From Tubiluchus corallicola (Eukaryota > Animalia > Priapulida): DNA of 64,000 bases. Where the stretch lies: positions 1-64,000 of the forward strand of contig JAQGDQ010000822.1 of assembly GCA_030141605.1 (NCBI GenBank), written 5' to 3'. The translations under genes and the position numbers were made by a program. Positions 1 through 10,715 of the stretch are shown here, one piece after another. The number at the start of each line of letters is the position of its first letter. Positions within the stretch are counted from its first letter, which is position 1. Under the pieces are notes generated by a model that made no database searches, was not told the DNA's origin, and saw only the letters and a list, made by a program, of their open reading frames with translations.

Positions 1-280
1 ATTAATTATGTATTTACAAAAAGTCAAATAGGTAATGATTATGCAGACCAGTAGAAAAGAAATTGATGCAGTAAATTATGCACTAATTATGTATTTACAA
101 AAAGCCAAATACGTAATGATTATGCAGACCAGTAGAAAAGAAAATGATACAGTAACAAATAGCTAAGTGTTTGAAAATAAAGCTAAAGGAATTGAACTGC
201 TTTGTACATTAAGAGAAGGCTTGTCATGCTACAAACTGTAGCTCTGCCTATATAAACTGGTTGTATGTTTGTAAAAATTT

Positions 281-305
281 ACCACTGATGATGACTTTTA
301 CATGA
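281..305 (+). pseudogene. Disabled hammerhead ribozyme motif (stem II and GAAA deleted)
   Basis: CTGATGA at 285-291 followed by tgac-tttt-acatg, whereas the mirror copy at 7177-7219 reads tgac-agcagtaactccgtcgaaacgtttg-acatg. Confidence 0.75.
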
Positions 306-899
306 TTTTTTAACTATGTAAATTAAAAGTTTTAAAAATTGTGGTGTTTTAGTTATAAATGTTTTTAAGTGCCTGTAATAAAAAATTGACTTTTATAAAA
401 ACGAAAAATAAATGGGCATGGGCAAAAACACACTCAGACACTTTCAGATAACTGGCAAGAAGGCACAAATTAGAACTAGGTCTAACTAAACGCGTTGTTG
501 CAGCTAGGTAGAAAATAACGAGGCTAGAAATTTACTGAATGACCGGTTTGAACTCAATGGTACACAGTTTGCTTATGAATCACCTCTAAAGAATCATGAC
601 GGCTGGCCTAAAAATAGACCATGACGCACTCTGTCACGAAACATTCAGGCTGCTCAGTGCTCCCAATACGCATTCAATTGGTTAGCATGTGGCGCCATCT
701 GCTTTCTTAATTTTAACATACAAAGTTACAAGCCCAAAATAATGAACTGTGTTCTTTTTAAATTACGCTATATTAAATTGTAAAAATTATATTAACGGAT
801 AAATGCTTATTTGTTAACGGACGAAGGAGGCTGTTTAGTTTTGGTTAAGGGACGTATCTTCAATACAGCACTACTATAATGCTGGCAATGCGTTTGAAC

Positions 900-1063
900 T
901 ATGTAGCATGCGGTTGCGTTTTGGGGTTTGCGGAAGACTTTTGTGGTTTTTAATGCAGCCTGCGTGCGCGTTATTCTTTTCCGCAGCTATTTCCTGTTGA
1001 TTTTTTTCCGCAGGCTGTTCCGCATTGGAAAACGCATCCGCATGCTACATAAATGCCGCTTTA
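900..1063. mobile_element. Small MITE-like hairpin element (mirrored at ~6417-6580)
   Basis: tatgtagcatgcggttgcgtttt ... aaaacgcatccgcatgctacata inverted ends. Confidence 0.5.
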
Positions 1064-1284
1064 TTCTACCTTAACCAATTATTCACAACTCTGCAACTAA
1101 TGTGATTTAGATAGATTTGGTACTTAAACTCAGTTAATTCAATATTGCAAATGTTGCGCTATAAAACCCGACTGCACAATTCGCAAAACCCAAGTGCATT
1201 CTAAACTGGTTTTCCTGTCCGTATGATGCGTTATAATCACTCGAATCGAGTTTGTATTTGTATGATAGGTTTACAACGGTGTGA

Positions 1285-1735
1285 GGTAAAAAGGTAAAAA
1301 TGGCACAAGTAAAATAGCAAAAATGGCAAATTACCACCTTTCTTCATAATGTTTCTTGGAAATCTGTTAGAGATTGCATAATAGGCTTATTGTCATAACA
1401 GATAAAAAACAAACAGACAAACAAACAAGCAAACTGTGTTGAAACATCATAACTTCCTTGGCTGGCGTAAAAGTTAGTAAGATAATTATCCCCCACTGTA
1501 ACCCTCACCCTAAGCACATACATTTCTAAGTGCTCGTGCCATTTTTACCTGTGCGATTTTTTCCTGTGCCATTTTTACCATGCTATTTTTACCCATTTCT
1601 CCATTTATGCCATTTTTCTTGTGCCCTTTTTTCCTGTGCCATTTTTTACCATGCCATTTTACCTACTTTTCTATTTGTGCCATTTTTACCTACTTTTCCA
1701 TTTGTGCCGTTTTTACCTGTGCCATTTTTGCCTAC
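1285..1735. mobile_element. Foldback-like non-autonomous element with arrays of a GTGCCATTTTTACC motif (mirrored at ~5745-6195)
   Basis: ggtaaaaatggcac motifs at 1285-1336 face many degenerate gtgccatttttacc motifs at 1536-1735. Confidence 0.5.
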
Positions 1736-2035
1736 ATTCGTTCGCACATTAGTTAAAACTGTTAATCATGACTTCCACTTGTTTTCTGCCGCCCCTGATT
1801 TTATTCGTCAAACAATACCAACAACTGCCTAGAGATACGTAACTGTCACGACGCAACGCAGAGCGTGATGGAAAACAAAACTCGAGGTCACTGGTTTATA
1901 CAGTATTGACTCAGTGTATGTCACTCACTGAGGTCGTCTTAGGAAATAGTTTTTTATTCAGGTCAAGTTATATAGGCACTTCAAAGCCATTAAGGCAACA
2001 CTAAAACTTTCAATTTACAACAGTTTAAAAACATT

Positions 2036-2077
2036 TCCAGACGTTTCGACATTAATCAGCTGTCATCATCAGTGGGA
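2036..2077 (-). ncRNA. Minimal type I hammerhead ribozyme motif (PLE-type)
   Basis: Exact reverse complement of the motif at 5403-5444. Confidence 0.8.
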
Positions 2078-2381
2078 CACTGTACAAACAACAACCAGTT
2101 TATATAAGCAGAGCCTACAGTATATAAACTGTTGACAGTCTTTAACACAATACGTATACCGGCTTTTCGTATGAAGGAATTCGTCAGATTTTCAATTGTA
2201 TTATAACTAACTAATGTAAATATTCTTGTAGATTATTACTAACAAACATTAATAAATTGCAGTGTTATAAAATGTAATATCTGCAAATAAAATCTTATAT
2301 ATTATATATATACACAATTGTTATTGTGTTTTTAAAATTAATATTTGAAACATATTCTTAATGTTTCTTAACATAGCTTAA

Positions 2382-2820
2382 AGGACAAGAAAAGGGGCAC
2401 CTGAAGTAGGTTTCAGAAAAATCGTCTTGAAAAATTATATTACTTTACAGCAATTTTATACATGTATCGTACTCGATTACAAGGAATTTTTTTTTGTTTT
2501 CGCTTTAAATCTCCCGCAATTCTGTTCCGACCGCGCCATTACATGACGTCACTAGGCAAACGTAAATCAGAGGAAGAAAAGACGATGTTAAATCATGTGT
2601 CAAAACACTTGGGCTGTCGAACGTGTGTAGTTCGTCACAAACTAACACGTCTGAACTGTGAGGTACGGCACCTGTTTGTAACAGCGAAGAACTAGTGGTG
2701 CGAACGTGAAATTGTGTTTGTGTGATAATAATTCTTTCACGTAAGTCATTCTTTAAAAACAGAATATTTTAAAGAGTAGATTGTTTTGACCTGCAGTTTA
2801 AGATTGGAGCTGTTTTTGCT
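2382..2820 (+). mobile_element. TTAA-flanked Kolobok-like non-autonomous element; chimera of family A left end and family B right end
   Basis: ttaa|aggacaagaaaagggg start matches copies at 30171, 39471 and 43908. After ~2610 the sequence matches the 3' part of 38780-39377 and ends ttttgct|ttaa. Confidence 0.7.
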
Positions 2821-3344
2821 TTAACTCGGCAACCAACTCAGCAAACTAGCCAGTCGGCCACTTAGCCAGTCAGCCAACTGACCTACAACTCACAACAAGT
2901 TAAGAAATCAACATACAAACAAAGAAAGAAGTAATAGACAATCCAACAAAGAAATCTAAACAACTAACCGGCCAACCGACCGACGAAGTTGATGAACAAT
3001 CAAAAAACAAAAAACAATTTTAACATCAAACAAGGTAAAATAATAAACATGAGCATATGAGCGAGTGAAGTATGGACATGTACCATTCTTTGGCACAGCT
3101 GTATAGTTTAGATTGCGTCTATTACTGCAGGCCCTACACCATGCTGCCCTCTATTATGCAAATTCACAATTATCAAAAACTCTTCTAATTTTGACACGTT
3201 GTTGCACACAGAGCCGTGCGGTGGAAATAAAACTTTGTCTGCAACGAAGTTTCACGTAGTTCAATTATCCCCGCACATGCGGGATCCAACACGCGAACTT
3301 ATTACTAATAGTTTAATGATTCAGACCTCCATAATAAAATTTAA

Positions 3345-3857
3345 AAGTTTTTGAGAATAGGAAGATTTCTTTGGAAACAAAAATTAGAATATTCCCAGCC
3401 TTAGTTGAAACTATATTTCTGTATACCTCTGAGCTCTGGACATTAAAAGCAAATTATAAAGCTGAAATCGATGCGTTTCAAAGGCGAAATTACAGAAACA
3501 TTTTGGGTATTAGATGGCCAAAGAAAATTTCAAACAAAGATCTATATGAAAAAAATAAAAGAAGAACCTTGGACAAGAAAAATAAAAAGACGCCGTTTAA
3601 GATGGATTGGGCATATGCTTAGACAACCTGATGACGCTCCAGTGAAGATAGCTCTTCAACAGGCCATGGAAGCAGCTAAAAAACCTGCAGGAGGACAAAT
3701 GTTAACATATTTAGATTTTGCACAGAAAGATTTACACACTTCAGCATTGATCCTTAGAAAAAAATGTACTTGGGGCATTGCAGCGAGTAGGCAGTCCCGG
3801 CATAGGGAGGTGAGCAGAATCATGTCCCTGGACGTATGATTCATTGGATGATGGATG
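3345..3857 (+). mobile_element. 5'-truncated RTE-clade LINE with 12-bp TSD
   Basis: Frameshifted RTE C-terminus (LYTSELWTLK...IDAFQRRNYRNILGIRW; RRRLRWIGHMLR), short gatg tail, TSD aataaaatttaa at 3333-3344 and 3858-3869. Confidence 0.85.
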
Positions 3858-4118
3858 AATAAAATTTAATACATACCCACAAAAAACCAAGTTTTGAAAA
3901 TTATTCGCTGGTGGCAAGTTTAAAAAGAGCAATGCAGCGGTGTTTAGCTATTCACACCTAAATCCAACACAAAATCACCAATTAAAACACTTTGGTTTGT
4001 GTGAGTTTAGAGAATTCTTCGATAATGGGCATGATGTAAAAGTTTGCTTCGCGTTTTTACAGTGTTTTGCACCAGGTGATGACATCAGAAACTGTTTAAA
4101 TGTTTGCAAGTGAAAAAC

Positions 4119-5340
4119 AAAATCTGTCATACTGTAGCTTCCATGTATACGCATTGTGTTAAAATCTGTCATACTGTACCGTCCATGTATACGCATTGTG
4201 TTAAAATCTGTCATACTGTACCGTCCATGTATACGCATTGTGTTAAAATCTGTCATACTGTACCGTCCATGTATACACATTGTGTTAAAATCTGTCATAC
4301 TGTACCGTCCATGTATACGCATTGTGTTAAAATCTGTCATACTGTACCGTCCATGTATACGCATTGTGTTAAAGTCTGTCATACTGTACCGTCCATGTAT
4401 ACGCATTGTGTTAAAATCTGTCATACTGTACCGTCCATGTATACGCATTGTGTTAAAATCTGTCATACTGTACCGTCCATGTATACGCATTGTGTTAAAA
4501 TCTGTCATACTGTACCGTCCATGTATACGCATTGTGTTAAAATCTGTCATACTGTACCGTCCATGTATACGCATTGTGTTAAAATCTGTCATACTGTACC
4601 GTCCATGTATACGCATTGTGTTAAAATCTGTCATACTGTACCGTCCATGTATACGCATTGTGTTAAAATCTGTCATACTGTACCGTCCATGTATACGCAT
4701 TGTGTTAAAATCTGTCATACTGTACCGTCCATGTATACGCATTGTGTTAAAATCTGTCATACTGTACCGTCCATGTATACGCATTGTGTTAAAATCTGTC
4801 ATACTGTACCGTCCATGTATACGCATTGTGTTAAAATCTGTCATACTGTACCGTCCATGTATACGCATTGTGTTAAAATCTGTCATACTGTACCGTCCAT
4901 GTATACGCATTGTGTTAAAGTCTGTCATACTGTACCGTCCATGTATACGCATTGTGTTAAAATCTGTCATACTGTACCGTCCATGTATACGCATTGTGTT
5001 AAAGTCTGTCATACTGTACCGTCCATGTATACGCATTGTGTTAAAATCTGTCATACTGTACCGTCCATGTATACGCATTGTGTTAAAGTCTGTCATACTG
5101 TACCGTCCATGTATACGCATTGTGTTAAAATCTGTCATACTGTACCGTCCATGTATACGCATTGTGTTAAAATCTGTCATACTGTACCGTCCATGTATAC
5201 GCATTGTGTTAAAATCTGTCATACTGTACCGTCCATGTATACGCATTGTGTTAAAATCTGTCATACTGTACCGTCCATGTATACGCATTGTGTTAAAATC
5301 TGTCATACTGTACCGTCCATGTATACGTATTGTGTTAAAG
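4119..5340. repeat. 42-bp minisatellite, ~29 near-identical copies
   Basis: Unit aaaatctgtcatactgtaccgtccatgtatacgcattgtgtt; 14-aa periodicity in the overlapping ORFs. Confidence 0.97.
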
Positions 5341-5402
5341 ACTGTCAACAGTTTATATACTGTAGGCTCTGCTTATATAAACTGGTTGTTGTTTGTACAG
5401 TG

Positions 5403-5444
5403 TCCCACTGATGATGACAGCTGATTAATGTCGAAACGTCTGGA
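5403..5444 (+). ncRNA. Minimal type I hammerhead ribozyme motif (PLE-type)
   Basis: CCA-CUGAUGA(5408-5414)-U-GACA-loop-UGUC-GAAA(5433-5436)-C-GUC(cleavage after 5440)-UGG. Stem I CCA/UGG, stem II GACA/UGUC, palindromic ACGU mini stem III. Confidence 0.82.
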
Positions 5445-7176
5445 AATGTTTTTAAACTGTTGTAAATTGAAAGTTTTAGTGTTGCCTTAATGGCTTTGAA
5501 GTGCCTATATAACTTGACCTGAATAAAAAACTATTTCCTAAGACGACCTCAGTGAGTGACATACACTGAGTCAATACTGTATAAACCAGTGACCTCGAGT
5601 TTTGTTTTCCATCACGCTCTGCGTTGCGTCGTGACAGTTACGTATCTCTAGGCAGTTGTTGGTATTGTTTGACGAATAAAATCAGGGGCGGCAGAAAACA
5701 AGTGGAAGTCATGATTAACAGTTTTAACTAATGTGCGAACGAATGTAGGCAAAAATGGCACAGGTAAAAACGGCACAAATGGAAAAGTAGGTAAAAATGG
5801 CACAAATAGAAAAGTAGGTAAAATGGCATGGTAAAAAATGGCACAGGAAAAAAGGGCACAAGAAAAATGGCATAAATGGAGAAATGGGTAAAAATAGCAT
5901 GGTAAAAATGGCACAGGAAAAAATCGCACAGGTAAAAATGGCACGAGCACTTAGAAATGTATGTGCTTAGGGTGAGGGTTACAGTGGGGGATAATTATCT
6001 TACTAACTTTTACGCCAGCCAAGGAAGTTATGATGTTTCAACACAGTTTGCTTGTTTGTTTGTCTGTTTGTTTTTTATCTGTTATGACAATAAGCCTATT
6101 ATGCAATCTCTAACAGATTTCCAAGAAACATTATGAAGAAAGGTGGTAATTTGCCATTTTTGCTATTTTACTTGTGCCATTTTTACCTTTTTACCTCACA
6201 CCGTTGTAAACCTATCATACAAATACAAACTCGATTCGAGTGATTATAACGCATCATACGGACAGGAAAACCAGTTTAGAATGCACTTGGGTTTTGCGAA
6301 TTGTGCAGTCGGGTTTTATAGCGCAACATTTGCAATATTGAATTAACTGAGTTTAAGTACCAAATCTATCTAAATCACATTAGTTGCAGAGTTGTGAATA
6401 ATTGGTTAAGGTAGAATAAAGCGGCATTTATGTAGCATGCGGATGCGTTTTCCAATGCGGAACAGCCTGCGGAAAAAAATCAACAGGAAATAGCTGCGGA
6501 AAAGAATAACGCGCACGCAGGCTGCATTAAAAACCACAAAAGTCTTCCGCAAACCCCAAAACGCAACCGCATGCTACATAGTTCAAACGCATTGCCAGCA
6601 TTATAGTAGTGCTGTATTGAAGATACGTCCCTTAACCAAAACTAAACAGCCTCCTTCGTCCGTTAACAAATAAGCATTTATCCGTTAATATAATTTTTAC
6701 AATTTAATATAGCGTAATTTAAAAAGAACACAGTTCATTATTTTGGGCTTGTAACTTTGTATGTTAAAATTAAGAAAGCAGATGGCGCCACATGCTAACC
6801 AATTGAATGCGTATTGGGAGCACTGAGCAGCCTGAATGTTTCGTGACAGAGTGCGTCATGGTCTATTTTTAGGCCAGCCGTCATGATTCTTTAGAGGTGA
6901 TTCATAAGCAAACTGTGTACCATTGAGTTCAAACCGGTCATTCAGTAAATTTCCAGCCTCGTTATTTTCTACCTAGCTGCAACAACGCGTTTAGTTAGAC
7001 CTAGTTCTAATTTGTGCCTTCTTGCCAGTTATCTGAAAGTGTCTGAGTGTGTTTTTGCCCATGCCCATTTATTTTTCGTTTTTATAAAAGTCAATTTTTT
7101 ATTACAGGCACTTAAAAACATTTATAACTAAAACACCACAATTTTTAAAACTTTTAATTTACATAGTTAAAAATCA

Positions 7177-7219
7177 TGTCAAACGTTTCGACGGAGTTAC
7201 TGCTGTCATCATCAGTGGT
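7177..7219 (-). ncRNA. Minimal hammerhead ribozyme motif
   Basis: Minus strand: CCA-CUGAUGA-U-GACAG-caguaacu-CCGUC-GAAA-C-GUU-UGAC. Confidence 0.72.
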
Positions 7220-7339
7220 AAATTTTTACAAACATACAACCAGTTTATATAGGCAGAGCTACAGTTTGTAGCATGACAAGCCTTCTCTTAATGTACAAAG
7301 CAGTTCAATTCCTTTAGCTTTATTTTCAAACACTTAGCT

Positions 7340-8110
7340 ATTTGTTACTGTATCATTTTCTTTTCTACTGGTCTGCATAATCATTACGTATTTGGCTTTT
7401 TGTAAATACATAATTAGTGCATAATTTACTGCATCAATTTCTTTTCTGCTGGTCTGCTTAATCATTACCTATTTGACTTTTTGTAAATACATAATTAATG
7501 TATAATTTACTGTATCAAATTTGTTTTCTACAGGTCTACTTAATCCTTACCTATATGGCTTTTGTAAATACATAATTAGTGCATAATTTACTGCATCAAT
7601 TTCTTTTCTGCTGGTCTGCTTAATCATTACCTATTTGACTTTTTGTAAATACATAATTAATGTATAATTTACTGTATCAAATTTGTTTTCTACAGGTCTA
7701 CTTAATCATTACCTATATGGCTTTTGTAAATACATAATTAGTGCATAATTTACTGTATCAATCTCTCTACTGCTTAATATTATATTTGACTTCTCTTAAT
7801 ACAATTACTGCATAATTTACTATATCATTTCTTTCTACGGTCTGCTTATCATTATACTGTAAATACATAATTAGTGCATAATTTACTGTATCAATCTGGT
7901 CTGCTTAATCATTACATGACTTCTCTTAAATACATAATTACTGCATAATTTACTATATCAATTTCTTTTCTACTGGTCTGCTTAATCATTACATATTTGG
8001 CTTTTTGTAAATACACAATTAGTGCATAATTTACTGTAAAAATTTCTTTTCTATTGGTCTGCTTAATCATTACCTATTTGGCTTTTGTAAATACATAATT
8101 AGTACATAAT
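7340..8110. repeat. ~81-bp tandem array, degenerating toward its 3' end (mirrored at 1-160)
   Basis: tgtaaatacataatta recurs at 7401, 7482, 7563 and 7644, with alternating unit variants. Confidence 0.93.
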
Positions 8111-8164
8111 GTTCTATACTGTAGCCTCTACTTATTTAAACTGGTTGTATGTTTATGAAGATTC

Positions 8165-8206
8165 ACCACTGATGATGACAGCAGTAGCTCTGTCGAAACG
8201 TTTGAC
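8165..8206 (+). ncRNA. Minimal hammerhead ribozyme motif
   Basis: CA-CUGAUGA(8169-8175)-U-GACAG-caguagcu-CUGUC-GAAA(8195-8198)-C-GUU-UG; perfect 5-bp stem II. Confidence 0.78.
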
Positions 8207-8921
8207 ATGATTTTTTGACTATGTAAATTAAAAGTTTTAATAAGTTTTGGTGTTTTAATTTTTATTTCTAAACCTAAACTATAGTATAGTGCTTGGCTTG
8301 CTGCAAATACTGAACCAGGTGCATCTTTACATTGTGAAAAGCTTGTGCTTCAAACAAATCATTGCTTTCTGATTTATGTCACAAATGACAGAAAAGCATA
8401 ACCGAATACTCGGATGCATAAACGACTACTCTGGTGCATAGATGAATACTCGGGTGCATTAATTAAAAGAGGAAACAAAGAAATCAGTTTCATAAAAAAG
8501 TAATATTTTTTGTTAACCAGTAACTTTATAATACATTTCTTTATACAAAGATACAAGTGATATAAAAACCTTTTTCAGATTTTCGTCGCTACAAATTTAC
8601 AACCCTGATAATAGTAATTAACAGACGCATAATGTTATGCAAGATATCCAGATTTGCATGTAAATGAGCATTAGCATTAATGCATAAATGGTAGTGATTA
8701 ACAATGTCAATGCATGATTGCTATGATGAGAATTTTTCCAAATAATTAGGCTTATGAAAACGTTCTACCTTCACTGCAAGTTTTTACATGTATTTACAAT
8801 AACATGCCATTCATACAGCTATACAAAAATAAGAGTATTATCAATGTTCATAGAACATACACATTTTATCATAGATAAAAAGTTTTTTGCTTGCATTAAA
8901 TGTCTAGTTAACACCAAAATG

Positions 8922-9753
8922 AACATTTTAAACAAAAACACACACGTACTACACCAAGAACTATCCTTTGTCTTCGTTACCAAAGTTCACACTCATGTTA
9001 ATCGTGTCCTATCTTGTCAGAACTTAACATTTTAAACAAAAACACACACGTATTACACCATAAACTATCCTTTGTCTTTGTTAACAAAGTTCACACTCAT
9101 GTTAATCGTGTCCTCTCTTGTCAGAACTTAACATTTTAAACAAAAACACACACGTATTACACCATAAACTATTCTTTGTCTTCGTTAACAAAGTTCACTC
9201 TCATGGTAATCGTGTCCTCTCTTCCCAGAACTTAACATTTCAAACAAAAACACACACGTACTACACCATAAACTATCCTTTGTCTTTGTTAACAAAGTTC
9301 ACGCTCATGTTAATCGTGTCCTCTCTTTCCAGAACTTAACATTTCAAACAAAAACACACACGTACTACACCAAGAACTATCCTTTGTCTTCGTTACCAAA
9401 GTTCACTCTCATGTTAATCGTGTCCTCTCTTGCCAGAACTTAACATTTTAAACAAAAACACACACGTACTACACCATAAACTATTCTTTGTCTTCGTTAA
9501 CAAAGTTCACTCTCATGGTAATCGTGTCATCTCTTCCCAGAACTTAATATTTCAAACAAAAACACACACGTACTACACCATAAACTATCCTTTGTCTTTG
9601 TTAACAAAGTTCACGCTCATGTTAATCGTGTCCTCTCTTCCCAGAACTTAACATTTCAAACAAAAACACACACGTACTACACCATAAACTATCCTTTGTC
9701 TTTGTTAACAAAGTTCACACTCATATTAATCGTGTCCTCTCTTGTCAGAACTT
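8922..9753. repeat. 104-bp tandem array, ~8 copies
   Basis: aacattttaaacaaaaacacacacgta recurs every 104 bp; ORFs at 9118 and 9430 are 312 bp apart. Confidence 0.95.
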
Positions 9754-10064
9754 ATCCACAATAATAAGATATTATACATAAGAACATATACTACACATTT
9801 AATAACAAACTTACGAGCTATACAAATAGCTACTGTCGTGATTACACCGTAAAAAGTTGATAACAAAATAAATATCTGTACAATATGAAAATAGGCCTTC
9901 TAGATATCGTCATCCGGCTCAGCCAGATGACAATGAATTTCAGCGATGCGCACATTCAATAAGTACTTTGCAAACAACTGCGCAACACTAGCATACTGTA
10001 ATACTTTGCAAACAACTGCGCAACACTAGCATACTGTAATACTGGCAGGAAATGTTTTTGTACT

Positions 10065-10537
10065 TTACATTCGGTACGAAGGGCAGAACTGATAGACAAG
10101 TCTTTGTGATCTTTCCGTCTTCTTTAAAATGCCCTTCTTGTAGTACTGCCTCAGTGATCGACTCAGCTTGTCGTAATTCATCGCTGGTCGGTTTTTTCGC
10201 TTTCCCCAGCACTTGGCCACGGTTCCCGAGTCCTCGATCTTGAAAATTCCTTTGGCACGATCCATCCATCGTATGGCATTTCCATATGTTTGAGGATCAG
10301 CAAGAAGTTCTTTGATGAACTGCCAAAGATGGATGGTTGTTTGGCTTCGTTGTACGTGGACGACTTCTTCGTCGCTGTCGCTGGCACCATCGTTACTGTG
10401 ATCACTTGAAACATCACTTGAATGACTTGGACTGTAGAGTGAAACCCAACTGTTGTCTAAACTTGAGATGTCGTACACTGTTGATTCAAGAGACGGAAGT
10501 TCAGTAGGGCTGGGTTGCTGCAGCTGATAAGAAGCAG
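10065..10537 (-). CDS. SPDEF: SPDEF/PDEF-type ETS transcription factor, last coding exon (ETS domain)
   Basis: IHLWQFIKELL...GIFKIEDS...WGKRKNRPAMNYDKLSRSLRQYYKKG...SQRLVYQF is SPDEF-diagnostic. Acceptor ttttgtcttacag at 10538; phase 1 matches the previous exon. Confidence 0.93.
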
Positions 10538-10715
10538 CTGTAAGACAAAAGCAAAATCAATAATTAGTTATTTTGCAAAAAATTGCAAAGCATTTCACTG
10601 TGTTTTAAATTATAGAAACATTTTTAATCAGCACTGTAATGTTTTATTGCAAGAGTCATGAAAAACGATGAGGCTATTGCATGCAAAATTACAAAACTTT
10701 GCAATGACAGGTAAG

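Larger units (their letters stand above)
1..2159. repeat. Left arm of a large inverted duplication (partner 5321-~7499; continues past the window start)
   Basis: Reverse complement of 5321-7499. Mirror ORFs 1134-1337/6143-6346 and 1530-1832/5648-5950 have identical translations (coordinate sum 7480). Few differences: a substitution near 526, an indel near 296, two substitutions in 1-60. Confidence 0.95.
3870..5490 (+). mobile_element. Penelope-like element 3' end: degenerate GIY-YIG C-terminus, 3' UTR with 42-bp array, hammerhead module
   Basis: 3871-4010 translates (one frameshift) to HTHKKPSFENYSLVASL...LAI/HLNPTQNHQLKHFGL, resembling PLE C-termini. It is followed by the array and the tatataaactggttg...ctgatga...gaaacgtc module. 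Confidence 0.6.
5321..7499. repeat. Right arm of the large inverted duplication
   Basis: Reverse complement of 1-2159; inner boundary is gtatacgtattgtgttaaag, in the last unit of the 42-bp array. Confidence 0.95.
7130..8256 (+). mobile_element. 5'-truncated Penelope-like element with inverted terminal (pLTR-like) module
   Basis: Inverted hammerhead module 7130-7264, then 7272-7337 = HDKPSLNVQSSSIPLALFSNT* (KPxLNxQ..S.PL.LF, typical PLE C-terminus), 81-bp array, and direct hammerhead module 8120-8256. Confidence 0.75.

Noticed and set aside
1530-1832. Hydrophobic 100-aa ORF and its mirror copy
   Set aside because: Translation of GTGCCATTTTTACC repeats with a non-ATG start.
4119-5340. CRISPR-like array (also 40708-41468 and 49300-49504)
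   Set aside because: Units are contiguous with no unique spacers, there are no cas genes, and the context is eukaryotic.
3975-5424. Three ORFs of 422-457 aa
   Set aside because: Produced by a 42-bp stop-free tandem repeat open on both strands; no protein features.
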